From Octopus bimaculoides (lineage: Eukaryota), in contig NC_068984.1 of assembly GCF_001194135.2 (NCBI RefSeq), positions 38,190,617 to 38,254,616 of the forward strand: DNA of 64,000 nt, in the 5' to 3' direction. A program made the translations under genes and the position numbers. Under the pieces are notes generated by a model that had not been told where the DNA came from, did no database searches, and saw nothing but the letters and a program-made list of their open reading frames with translations. Below are positions 1 to 12,075 of this stretch, one piece after another (the first letter of the stretch is position 1; every line of letters begins with the position of its first letter).

Positions 1-282
1 GAGAAGACCCGGCAAGCCAAGTGAGATCGTTGCCAGTGCCCCTGGACTGGCTCTTGTGCGGGTGGCACATAAAAGACACCATTTCGAGCGTGGCCGTTTT
101 CGTGCGGGTGACACGTAAAAACACCCACTACACTCTCTGAGTGGTTGGCGTTAGGAAGGGCATCCAGCTGTAGAAACTCTGCCAAATTAGATTGGAGCCT
201 GGTGTAGCCATCTGGTTGCACCAGTCCTCAGTCAAATCGTCCAACCCATGCTAGCATGGAAAGCGGACGTTAAACGATGATG

Positions 283-284
<2 letters not shown>
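1..284 (+). mobile_element. Young copy of high-copy repeat family A (LINE 3'-tail/SINE-like, probably RTE-related) ending in (GAT)n
   Basis: Core GGAAGGGCATCCAGCTGTAGAAACTCTGCC and end CCAACCCATGCTAGCATGGAAAGCGGACGTTAAACGATGATGAT; near-identical to 20001-20385 and, inverted, to 31824-32146 and 37399-37722. 5' end is cut by the window edge. The RTE link comes from recollection of such tails. Confidence 0.85.
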
Positions 285-313
<29 letters not shown>

Positions 314-325
314 ATAAAAAAAAAC

Positions 326-1000
326 ATCATCATTTTACATCCACTTTCTATGCTGGCATAGGTTCATCAGGTCACCAGAGTTTGAATCACCACATATTCA
401 GGGGTGCTGGTCATCTAGATAGGTTGGAGGATGCATGTCACCTGTAAGTTTCATTTTTGGCTTGATTTCTATGTCTGGATACCCTTCTTAATACCAGCCA
501 CTTGACAGAGTGCACCAGTTTTTTTTTTTGTTTTTTTTTGTGTGTGTCTGTGGTATCATTACTAGGGAAGTATCATGTCAACAACAAGTTTAAAGGCTCC
601 TCTCAACCTTGCAATTCAACAGAATGTACTGGGTACATTTTTTGTGGCACCAACACTATGGAGGTAACAATGTCCATGACACAACTAATGAATCTGCTTA
701 CACATCAACCTCTATACAAAATAAGATAGAGGCACGTATGATTGTGATAAGCCATAAGGATGAATGACAAGAGTACTCAGTTTTCTGAAAACAAATATGT
801 ACAATCAGTATAGAGTGGGCTAAAGGACAGAGCAATAACAGAGACAATGTAATGCAGGAGATATAGTGAGGACAGGAGAGGTAGGATGTGGGTGAAAAGG
901 AGTACGAGTATAATAGCAGATAGAGTGAACAGGGAGATGATTGGCAGTACAGGAGAGGAGGACGAGAAGTGTCAAGATGCAAGAGAGGCATCAATAGTAG
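326..1000 (-). mobile_element. Old diverged family A copy with purine-rich (minus-strand pyrimidine-rich) 3'UTR-like region
   Basis: 326-500 is a degenerate reverse complement of the family A tail (CATCATCATTTTACATCCACTTTCTATGCTGGCATAGGTT ... TTTCTATGTCTGGATACCCTTC). 780-1000 resembles the reverse complement of the pyrimidine-rich tract at 33270-34030. Confidence 0.5.
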
Positions 1001-1499
1001 ACTAAGAGGTAAATATACCTACTCACTCACACATACACATAATATGTAAATATATGCATACATCCGCTTAGAGATATTTAATCACTGACGGTCCAGTTCA
1101 CTACTGTGTAACTAAGTTAATATAAGTTCATTATACATCTAACTACTGTATAGTTTCTAGCAAGTATTTGAGTGTCCCAACTTGTTATATCCTGCCACCA
1201 TCACCCTGACAGAGCACTCTCTCACTCTATATTTTTACTGTTTCTGTGACAGTTATTTCTCTCAAGTGACTGTTTCACTCTTCTGTCAATTCTTTGTTGA
1301 TTTATATACCAACCACTCATTATGTCAACAACTATATATTATGTGGCTAAGTAATGACATTTCCTTCAGTAGCAACTGATAAAAGGAATAGTCAACAAAA
1401 TATCTAGATGTCTCTGAGGTAATTTTTAGTAAATTTTTCATATTTTCTTGCTATGATATAGTTGAGATCCACTGTCCCTGTTTATTTGAGTGGCATAGA

Positions 1500-2046
1500 C
1501 TTAAATCATTGCACTGACTTTGCTTCCTAGCAACACAGTTTGGAGTTCAGTTCCACTGCATGACACCTTGGGCAAGAATCTTCCAAGATGTATGTATGTT
1601 CTCTTTCTTTTTAACTTAGAGTAAACTGTGACCGGCCACCTACTTGGCAGCAAGGTTGTGAAGGAAAATATCTTGTTTTATCCATCATCCATTAAATCTT
1701 AAGATCTTGCAGATTTTTTTTTCCAGATATTGAGAATATTTGTAGCATATGAATTAAGGATTTGCATTTTCTTCTCAAGATCCCAAGTTCAGTGGTGTGT
1801 GTGTGTGTGCAGTGCATGTGTCCCCTTTGTCTTAACATTATGTAATAGTTGTAAATAAATGTCACAGTCATACAAGCAGTGTTATTAATTTCCAGTACCC
1901 TGCAAAAACATATCTGGTCATGGGTACATCTTGCTTGGAAACAGGTGAGTGTTGGTGACAGGAAGGGCATCTGATTGTAGAAAATCAACCTCAAAATCTT
2001 CTACCCATGCCCTACATGAAAAAGTGGACTTTGAAATGATGATGAT
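1500..2046 (+). mobile_element. tRNA-head/CORE-like SINE family C with GGAAGGGCATC/(GAT)n tail, degenerate and interrupted
   Basis: Head with GAGTTCAGTTCC B-box and ACCTTGGGCAAG CORE-like motif (1545-1577); tail GGAAGGGCATCTGATTGTAGAAAA...AAGTGGACTTTGAAATGATGATGAT (1961-2046); matches 60610-61015. Confidence 0.6.
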
Positions 2047-3493
2047 ACTATGTATATGTATTTCATATTAGTACCTACTGCTTTCGTAGGTACTAAGGTA
2101 CTAAGCTTTCGTAGGTACTAAGCTTTTGGATTGATTTCATATTATTAGAGATTATGTTTTCAAAGACTGAACGCTTACAAAACTTAGTGCATGTGTGTAC
2201 ATCTTTTGAAAATTTCATGTATTATGTATAGTGCAGTATTACTATACAGAAGGCTAGCTTTGCTTTGTCCATGGTACTACTAAATTAGCTATTTCCAGAT
2301 TTTACACTGAAATGAACCAGAGAGAAGTTAAATTCTCACAGCAGTCAACACGTAGCTTATCTATCATCAAAAACTCAAGATGGACCCATTTTCATGGTAG
2401 CACATGAAAACCAGGTGTTTTTCACCCTAAACTAAGAAATAGGGAAGCCTGGATGTGAGCCCATGAAGGAATCATAAAGAGTTCTGAAATGGATATCCTT
2501 GAGTATTTTGTCTGCAAATGATTTTTTTTTCTCTCAATGCAAAATTTAGTGAAGAATATCAGGGAAGTTTAAAATTGGAAAGAGTAGATTAGAGCTAGCA
2601 AGGCTACAAGCCAACATAACCAAAAATCAATGAATATTAAATAGTAAGGTATATATCAAATGTCTAGTTGTTGTTTAGCCTAGGTCAGCTTTGATCAAGC
2701 AAACCTCTGAGCAAAAACATCCTAGCCATGATCACTCCATCTTTTATTCAAAACAATGCATCTAGAACCATACTATCCAAGGAATTATTCTCTTTTTAAG
2801 ATGGCAGGGTATGATTCAAGGAAAATTTGGATCCTATTTCTATTTCTAAGAACTTTTTCAAGAGACATAGAGGATTTTTTGTTGGCTTATAAAAAGTCTG
2901 TTAAGTAATCCTGTTTAATATGTAAAAGTGAATAGGTAAGAACTTGAGTTTGCAGTGAATGAAAACCATGTGTACAGAATTGGTGCCATGAAATTTCTAA
3001 TGTACTGGGAGAAAATATGACATTTCCAAGCCTATTAAAGTCAGTTAAACATACTGTGTCTGCTTTATGCATTTTCATTAGTTCAGTTTTTAGTTGCTTT
3101 CAGATGTCTAAGACTGGGGTTGAATTCAGAACTTTTCTTAACATAAGATTTCTAATGTTCTTACAAAATAGTTTTGAGAATTACAACTTGGATGGTTTGA
3201 AACACAATTTCAAAAGAAAGTAAAAAACCCCAGAAAATGTTAAGGCTGGTAGTGTAGAACAGCAATATCTGTAACTTTCTTCTGTAATGGCACACTTAGA
3301 ATATACTTTTGTCCATGAGCATCATTTGTATATCATATCTTACATATAAAAATATCTCTATATATCCCTTCATTTCCAACTAAACAATGACCCACAAAAA
3401 TATTAAATTTGTAAAATCTTTACAAAAGATTCAAGGCCCACAGAAAACATCTCAGTCACCTATAAATAAGTTAATGATGTTTGATAAAAAATA

Positions 3494-3709
3494 TTGAACA
3501 CCTTAGTATTCAAATATGTTGCTTATTTATTCACATTGTTTTGAATTAATCATGCATTATCTCATAGCTTCAAGATTTCAATGATGTGATTATTTCTTTT
3601 CAGAAAGACATTGTAAAGTGGGTGCAAGAGACCAGATCTGGCTGGTTTGAACACAAAACAAGTAGAATATTTAGGCCAGATATGGCCAGTTTAAATGATA
3701 AAAGGTTAA
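3494..3709. mobile_element. Probable TTAA-ended (piggyBac-type) MITE, degenerate
   Basis: Ends TTGAACACCTTAGTATT ... AATGATAAAAGGTTAA are imperfect inverted repeats with terminal TTAA; the interior resembles a common octopus short repeat (recollection). Confidence 0.4.
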
Positions 3710-4059
3710 GTTATCTCAATAAATCATCTTAGGAATTTATCCTTTCTATAAAAGTTGTGAGTTCTTTAACAGGATGATTTGAGGAGACTTTGGCTGCTGT
3801 TGCTAGCAGGTTGAGCTCTATGGTAACTTTATCTATAGCTTAAAAACTAGGCAGTCTAAATGACTATGTGTAAGAAGTGCTATGCTGTATAACAGAGAAA
3901 AATAGTCAATGAATATATAGGGTCTATAACAACTGGAGAACAATGAACTTGGTATGGTTTATTGGATGTTATGTTAATTTAAGAGAAAAGACAAGAGCAA
4001 ATCAACTGAGAAAGTGGATAGACTTCATAGATATTCCCTAATGTGGGTAGAAAATATAC

Positions 4060-4250
4060 CCACATTTGTGCCATGTAAAAAGCACCCAGTACACCCTGTA
4101 AAGTGGATGGCATTGGGCAGGGCATCCAGCTGTAGAAACCTTGCCAAAACAAACCTAGTGCAGCACTCTAGCTTGCCACTCCTGTCAAACTGTCCAACCC
4201 ATGCCAGCATGGAAAACAGATGTTAAATGATGATTATGATGATGATGATA
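4060..4250 (+). mobile_element. Old family A copy
   Basis: AAAAGCACCCAGTACAC...GGCAGGGCATCCAGCTGTAGAAACC...CCAACCCATGCCAGCATGGAAAACAGATGTTAAATGATGAT; a similar copy lies at 51490-51715. Confidence 0.75.
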
Positions 4251-4389
4251 GACATATAATGTGAGTAGATGACATGACCTGAATGAAAAATTATCCCAGT
4301 GTTAATTGTAGAGTTATTAGATGTGATGGTATATGATTAAGTGACATGGAAAAACTAATGATTTACAGACCCATGGATTCTAAATAAAC

Positions 4390-5190
4390 ATATTTTCAAC
4401 CCCAGTGCTTAACTGAACTTTATTTCATTGAACTTGAAAAGATAAAAGGCAAAATTGACCTTGGTAGGATTTGAATTCAAAACCCTGAATAGCTGGAAGA
4501 AATAATGCAAGGCATTTTTCCCAATGCTCAAAGGATCCTGCTGGTTTGTGACAAGGATTTGAACACAAAATGTAAAAAGCTGGAACAAATGATGTGAAGC
4601 ATTTTTTACTGATGCTCTAATGATTCTGCCAGGTTGCCACTTTTTAATTAGCTCCAGTTTAGGCATATAGCCAACAAATTTTGAGGGATAAGGGTTAGTC
4701 AATTATATAGGGCTTAGTGTTTGACTAATACTTCATCAATCTTGACACAATGAAAGGCGAAGTTCACTTGAATAAAATTTGCACTTGGAACATAAAGAGC
4801 TGGAATAAGGCCTGAAATTTGAAAGGAGTGGGGTGGTTAATCAATTTAATTGACCCGAGTACTTAAGTGGTACTTTATTATATTGATCTAAAAGGATGAA
4901 AAGTAAAACTGCCCTCAGTAGGGTTTGAACTTAAGATGTAAACAGATATCATAAGACATTTTTCTGACATTCTAATGAATCTGCTAATTTACCACCCTTT
5001 GAATAAGGATTTTTATTAATATAGATATAAAGCCTGAAATTTTGAGGAGGTGTTTAGTCAATTAAATCAACCCCAGTACTTGAAATAATAATAATTTCAA
5101 ATTTTGGCACAAGATCAGCAATTTTGGGAGAGGGGATAAGTCGATTACATTGACCCCAGTGTCCAATTGGTATTTATTTTACTGAGCATG
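4390..5190 (-). mobile_element. Head-to-tail stack of 4-6 degenerate family D SINE pieces
   Basis: Recurring reverse-complement motifs CCCCAGTACTT / GATGAAAGGCAAAxTxGACC / GGATTTGAAC / TCAAATTTTGGCACAAG matching the 11537-11750 element. Confidence 0.65.
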
Positions 5191-5319
5191 TCAATCTCAC
5201 AGCACGATACTTTGGGCCAATATTTTCTACTATAAGCCTTGCATTGACCTTTTGAGTGAACCTGGAGACTGCTGCGTGTGTATAACACAACTTTAACAGG
5301 TCATAAATGAAAGACATTC

Positions 5320-6140
5320 TAAAACAATGTTACATGGTACATGCCAGATTTTAACTTTTTTATTTCTCTTTTAGATGTAGTGGCAGCATTAGCATGGTAA
5401 GTTCCAGTTTGATCCAAGAAAGGAAAAGGTACACAGTGGTTGAGGCTGTTGCTACCAACCACAATGACTTGGATTTTACCAGCTTCTTGAATATAGCCAG
5501 GTTCTTCATGTTTTAAGTTAGAACAGAACTGGAAGCCTCTGGTGAGCATGTGTCATCTGTGGTTAAGAGAGGGATATATTTTCATCAGTCAAACATTATT
5601 AGGATAGCAGAATTTATCCACCAGGTCTAGAATGTCCAAGGTGATGGTCCCAACATATTCGTGAGGGCCATTGCTGAGCATCTCAAAATAGTGGAGTCAG
5701 GGCTTTCTTGACAGTTTTATAAGCCCCCAGGCAAATCAAAGCATTGGACCCTATAGTATTTATTTATTTATTTATTGACAGCAAGTTACAGCATAGATCA
5801 GAATTGGGTCTCTAGTCCCAGTGTGCCCATGTTTTAAGACAGTACTGAATGGAGACCACTACTAGATGTAGTAAACGAGAGCATCAGGCACAGTACATGT
5901 CTGAGAAGATCCAGGAGAATAAAGTCATAATGTGAATTCTTGGCTATCCTGATTTGGGCCCTCAGGGCTATGGTGTCTCAAGTATTATTGGAGAGTAGAC
6001 CAGTCAGTTTCCCTAGTGTTAGGGACCTACTGAAAGTTGTCATTATGGACGTGATGGACAACATGAATGAAAATCCCTGATTCTAGCATGTAACTGCTTC
6101 CATGGTCAAATCAGATCCATTATTAGAACAAGGGACAATA
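5320..6140 (-). mobile_element. Highly decayed non-LTR retrotransposon (LINE) coding remnant
   Basis: Minus-strand peptides LDLVDKFCYP (RT C-terminal KF.YLG-like), IKLE...LHLK/REIKKLKS (CR1/L2-like LEY...W.P..K.EI.KLE region) and ILSLVLIMDLI / RETDWS (endonuclease-linker-like). Many stops and frameshifts. Confidence 0.45.
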
Positions 6141-7498
6141 TTGTTGAGTGACCTGTTTCATTAGTGTATTGGATTAAATGTGTGATTAAATGTATTTTCT
6201 GAAAATATATTGTTTATCTTATTTGATATTTGTTTTTCATTTAATTGTGTTTTGATCTCAAGTCCTCAACAAACCCTGTGCATGCATATAAATAAATTGA
6301 AATTGTGATCATTTTGGTCAATAACTGATAGGGGATGAGCATGTCCTTTGTGTGTTTTCTACGGTTTTCCATGTTCTTTCGTCGTGCCATGTGACTAGTA
6401 AAACTGAATTGGAATTGCTATAATTAATAAAATCCATTGAAGAGTTTGACAAAGCGTGACTAAAACAAGTAAACAACTTCAGAAGTCTTTCAGCAGTTCT
6501 TCAATAGATTCATAAGTACTGAAAAGTTTCCACGGACAGACTTTCATGAAATCCAGTGTTTCAGCCTCCAGGGAGCTCACTGCTGCCTTGACTCCTTCCG
6601 ATGTGGTTGCTCATGATGAAAGGTGTTTCAACATGACCATCTCGTCGTTTTATCTGTCTATTAAAACGTAACTTTCCAGTAGGCAGACATTGCTAGTGAA
6701 CTGAAGGAAAGCAAATCTCAATAATTTCCTAATTACTTACTGTCATTTATAATGTAAACATTCATACAAAATACCAAATAAATTGATATTTATTTTATAC
6801 ATCATTTTACCTGGTCGCTGTATCGTGACATGTAGCTAGATAGGATTTGATTACTTTGTTTATCTGCTTGCAGTATCTCTAGCTCGAATAAATCATTTAT
6901 TATTAAAATACCTTAAACATTTACTGGTTTAAAACAGTACAAAGCCTTTCAATCGCATGCGAATGTACACTGGTTTCCTTAGACGCAATTTACGTTGCTA
7001 AAATGGCTACATGATTATCTAGTTGGATTACCGCATTCTTATTGACTATATTCCAAATTTTTCCGGCTTCCAGCTTCAAATACTTTATTTATTAGTGAAG
7101 TGTTAACATAAGATATTGCTTCTTCACATATCTAAAATGGTATCTTGAAAATGATAGTAATTTGGTCCTTTCTAAATTCATGTTCGCGAACAGGTGACGC
7201 TATTCGCAAACTGGCTATGATACACATCATAAAACCGTTATCTCACTAAATAATATGTATAACATTAATACTTCTTTTCACATCATAAACATTAGATACT
7301 TTTCTTCTTTGGAATATTAACCGTTATCAGAAATTCAACATGGCAAGAATAAATGGGTATGAAAAAAATAGGTAGAAAAATATTTTCCTGGTCGCACAAT
7401 TCCTTTATACAACATGCATATTATATACATGCACACATTAGCAGCATGTTTTTCCTCCCTTAACATTCAATTATCCATATATAATTTACACATATTAT

Positions 7499-7538
<40 letters not shown>

Positions 7539-7787
7539 TTAGAGAGAAAAAAGGTGCTCATGTGAGTGCGTGTTAAATAGTATTGGTCATGCCACAGGCT
7601 GCATACCATCATAATATTCACTAATTCATTTCGTTTTTTTTTTTACAAAGCTAACACATGTTCACTATAAATAAGTTGTTAAAAATTACATCTAATACTT
7701 CCATGCAATAGATGAGAAATCAACAAAAGTCCCACACGTACACACAACGCATGCGAAAGTGAAAACAGAACAAAATGACACCGTTAC

Positions 7788-7823
7788 CTTACGATAGGGG
7801 TTTTCTCCGGTTAGTGCCGACAT
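7788..7823 (-). CDS. Candidate first coding exon of an unidentified minus-strand gene (MSALTGENPYRK, phase 0)
   Basis: Minus strand GCAA ATG TCG GCA CTA ACC GGA GAA AAC CCC TAT CGT AAG followed by donor GTAACG. Repeat-free, CpG-rich context; possible acceptor CTTTCTAG upstream at 7890. No downstream exon confirmed. Confidence 0.45.
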
Positions 7824-10200
7824 TTGCTATCCAATAGTAAGATAGAGGGGTTTATTCAACGTATTACGGCCTTTAAGTGATCTGCTACACTAGAAAGCCA
7901 CCAAACAGAGCCAACAAGCAGCGGTAAGAACTCAGCAACAGTGTGAGTGTCAACGAGACATGTGATAAACTGCCAGTCGATGTCGTGTTTCTCAACCCAA
8001 CACTAACCCACCACTACCTCATTTACTGTTTTTCGGAAAAATAAATAAATAAACAGCTATTCCAATCGACTGATTTTTGGTAGAATTGGTTTCTTTTGTT
8101 TTCGTTGCATATCTGCTTTCCTTTTTGTTTCCCTGCATAGAAACATCTTACAAGAATTAGTTCGGCACCTACAGCTGTTATTTATTTATTTATTTATCCC
8201 ACGTATAGGCTAATGTGTAATAATCACTGTCATCGATACATCGGGCTATATCGGAAAGAAATGCTTATGTAGATTTTTTTTTTACTCATGGAAATGCTGC
8301 TGCCTCTAAATAAAAACAGAAAACACTGAGTCATATGTAAATTGAATCAAGTAGTGGAATAATGAGGCATGCTGTGTTTGAATCTATCGGAGATGCATAT
8401 ATATACACACAACCTCTGTAGGTATATTTTAAACACGATGCACATTGCTTCGATCAAGAGTATGAGCAAGAAATAGCTACAAGCGGAAATTGCAACTGAA
8501 ATACCGACACGAATCGTTGGGAACAGATTTCTAAAAGTACGATCCCACACCTATATAATGTTTTTACATAGGCTTGTAAAGCTTCTGAATTTATAAGAAA
8601 GATTTATAATATCAATAATGAGTCTTTTATTTTGTGTGGTGAAGGGATGTAATCGATAGATTCGGTCACCATAGTAGATGGCCGGTCACAGAAAGGAGGA
8701 AGAAATTGGATTCCAGTGAGATTGGAACGCAGAACAAAACAGGTTGAAAATTATTTAGAAGAGCAAACTATTGATTATTTCTGACTAATAACTCCGCCGA
8801 TTCAGTGATAGATGTAAATATATGTATCCAAGCCGCTCTCTCTCTCTCTCTTTCTCTCTCCGATTTCAAACTACATAGAGTGATCTTATTTAACCAATTT
8901 TATCATCACTACACTGAACTCCGTAGAAACATGTCAATATTAGAGGGAGAAAAGATTTAGAGAAAGAGCGACATAGTCAAAAAGAGGGACACAAGAAGAA
9001 AGGAAGGAAGAAATAAAGTGAATGATAAGATTAATATGAAAAATACTTGAGAGAATGTGAAAAGGAAGAGAAAGTGATAGCAAAAGATGAAAAGGGGGGG
9101 GGGGGAGAATTTAGTGATGAGGCTTTTATTTATTTATATAATTATTTACGGTCACCTGATGTCGCAAATCTGGCATTACATATGTACTGACTCGCCCTAC
9201 AAGGAGAGGCCAGAGCCAAATAGATAAATATACTGATTTACGTAGACAAACATAGAAGGATAGAAGGAAGAACAGATATAAATAAAGATAGGAAGGTAAA
9301 TAGTGATACAGATACACATACAATCAAACAGGCAGGCGGAAAGACGAACTGACAGGCGAAAGATTAAAACAAGAAACATACTTGTAGAAAGGCGATGAAG
9401 AGACAGTGAGACTGTCAGACATACACCGGCAATCAATCAGATAATACAGACAACAGCAGTAAAGGTAATGCAATATGTTATGGTGGTAGTAGTGTTGGTA
9501 TTGATGATGGTGTAGCACGATGCTGAGGTTAGCTGCGATGGTGATATTGTTATAAAATCAATGGAAACAACATTTCATAACTTTATTGCAGTTTACACAC
9601 GTTAGAAGAAAAGAAAACAAACGTATATATACGCCAACGAAGGAGCATTTATGTAGTCACTCTCTCGGTTAGAAAAAGCAGTCAAGTTGCCCTTAAACTA
9701 CAATCTACTATCTTGAAGAGAGGAACACATTGGATAAAGTAGTTTTCGATACGCAATGGCTCGAGCAGATAGTCATGGTTGGAATGTATTTGATCATAAT
9801 TCTAGTCAGCTTTGGGTTAACAAGGAGCAGAACACACAATTACATACTATAAGCGCATACATTTAATTTGTGATATTAAACCAACTTCTTATATTGTTTT
9901 TGCTATTTTTATGTCAGAAATTAGGCCGTCGGGACAGCTGTAATGATGACGACGATGATGCGCTTCATGGTAGTGGAGTCAGGTATATTTTTGGAAAGTC
10001 ACAACAACGATTCTGATTTGAAAACAGGAAGCAAAGTAAAGATTCTGATTGATCCAATTAAATCAATCCCTAGTATTATTCATCGATTTCTTTCTTCCAG
10101 CTACGCTTAGTCATTTCGCAGCGGAAATTACTTTCAGAAAATAAAGGAAAGAACTTTGGATTTAGTAAAAATGCATCCAGTCGGGCTCTTCGGTAACCTG

Positions 10201-10395
10201 TGGGAGTTTCTATGCGATCGTTCAATTTGCTAGAAACAACCGCTAAATCTCCTTTGAATCATATTCTACCGTTTTAGAAAAAGACGGACACGTTGAACAA
10301 TGCAGCTCTTAGACGTGATGTACATAAGTGGAAAACTTTTAATCATAGCTCCACGCGATTAGGGTCTACCTGGGGCCAAAACAACAACAACAACA
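10201..10395 (+). mobile_element. High-copy short repeat family E with (CAA)n tail (representative copy)
   Basis: TGCTAGAAACAACCGCTAAATCTCC...CATAG...ACCTGGGGCCAAAACAACAACAAC. Related copies, boundaries approximate: 2665-2880(-), 9650-9835(+), 12240-12390(-), 13215-13430(-), 14160-14310(+), 26540-26750(+), 51900-52050(-), 56430-56590(-), 62215-62350(+). Confidence 0.75.
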
Positions 10396-11536
10396 TCTTA
10401 AATGTACAAATGCATTCATACATTTGAAAAACCGTTTCAACAGCATTATAGGCTCTAAACAGCTAGTCACGGCTCGTAGATAAAATTAGTGGGGGAGCTG
10501 CTTCAGAAAATTGTTAGCCGTTGCTGATCGATTTGCGTTTTAGCCACTGCCGGGTAGTGAATTTAATTTGTTCATTGAACATCGCCGCGAATTTCCCCTA
10601 GTTTTTCAAAAATCCACCCTAAATCATAAGATAAGGGGTGGAGGAATCTGCCCGATTTTTCAAATCCTGGCAGCAACAATGAAGCTGGAAGCAGAACAAT
10701 AATCTAATTCTACACTTTATCACATTCAAGAATATAAACACGTTTTTAAGCACAACACACATGGAGTCAAAAAGAAACACTACCTTTCACCGGCACTGCG
10801 TGAACGACAGTGCTTTCTCTCCTTAGCGTGAAGCTTCCTATCTCGGACATGTGAGCATGCGCACACAGCCAAACACCACGTCGCTGGAACTGTGAAGCGC
10901 ACAGTTCGATACAAGGATTTTTATATCTTTTGTTTTCATAAACTAAAGGATGGCTATTGACATCAAGCTTAAGGATTATATAATGTACAAATAAAAAGAA
11001 ATAATTTTAAAAAAGGACTCATTACATTGAATGCTATCGATAATATCGAGTGGAAATAGGGGGAGGGGTGCTGCAGTTCCGCAGTGTCTATATACGAGCC
11101 GCCCTGTTGCCCATGTCTTAAGACGACACTGTACACAATCTAATGAGTGAAACAAGTAAATATGATAAAAGAATAAGTCCATGTGTTCCAAATTTAGCTA
11201 AAACTTAACCTTCTCTTACTCATTTCCGTCACTAGACCGCAGCCATGCTGGAGCATCAAATCGACCTCAGTACTTATTTTTTTTTGTTTTTTAAGTTTGA
11301 TACTTATTCTGTCGGTCTCTTTTGTCGAACCACTAGGTAATACCGGTTGTCAAGTGGTGGGGGGAGGAGAAAGACACAGACACATATACATACGACGGGA
11401 TTCTTTTCATTTTCCATCTTTCATATCCACTCACAAGTCTCAGAGCTAAAGTAGAAAACACCGAAGAAACCATGCAACACCACTGAACCCGAATCTTCTT
11501 ACTACGCAGCCATGTCCGCTTATAATAACATAAATT

Positions 11537-11750
11537 AGGCGGCGAGCTGGCAGAATCATTAGCACGCTGGGTGAACTGCTTAGCGGTATTTCGTCTGTCT
11601 TTATGCTCTGAGTTCAAATTCCGCCGAGGTCGACTTTGCCTTTTATCCTTTCGGGGTCAATAAATTAAATACCAGTTGCGTGTTGGAGTCGATCTAATCG
11701 ACTGCCCCCTCCCCAAAATTTCGAGCCTTGTGCCTAGAGTAGAAAAGAAT
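11537..11750 (+). mobile_element. tRNA-derived SINE family D with Nin/Deu-like central domain
   Basis: Head GGCGGCGAGCTGGCAGAATC, B-box GAGTTCAAATTCC, central GACTTTGCCTTTTATCCTTTCGGGGTCAATAAATTAAATACCAGT resembling the Deu/Nin SINE domain. Other copies: 16040-16160(-), 44040-44220(-), 51715-51850(-), 55810-56035(+), 63560-63680(-). Confidence 0.75.
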
Positions 11751-11779
11751 AATATAAATTAGTTATATACTTTTCTTTC

Positions 11780-12075
11780 TTTTACTTATTTCAGTCATGG
11801 GATTGCGGCCACGATGGAGCACCACCTTGAACGGTTTAGGCGAGTAAATCGACTCTAGTACTAATTTTAAAGCCTGGTAGTTATTCTAAATCCCTAAGTT
11901 ACGAGGACGTAAACAAACAAATACCGGTTGTCTAGAACTGGGAGACACACCCAAAGGCGAATACATTCACACATCTATATACTTATAACAACGGGTTTCC
12001 AGTTTTCGACCACCAAATTCACTCTTAAGGCATTGGCCGACCTGGAGCCAGCGTAGAAAACACTTGTGCATGGGC
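11780..12075 (-). mobile_element. tRNA/CORE SINE family B copy, 5' truncated
   Basis: Reverse complement of the 41034-41427 element (TTTCAGTCA...GCGGCCA..ATGGAGCACC; CCAAATTCACTCTTAAGGC). A tail-only piece lies at 11215-11400. Confidence 0.7.

Noticed and set aside
1-284. Recurring ~280-400-bp repeats as a possible CRISPR-like array
   Set aside because: Dispersed, both orientations, no regular repeat-spacer period, eukaryotic context.
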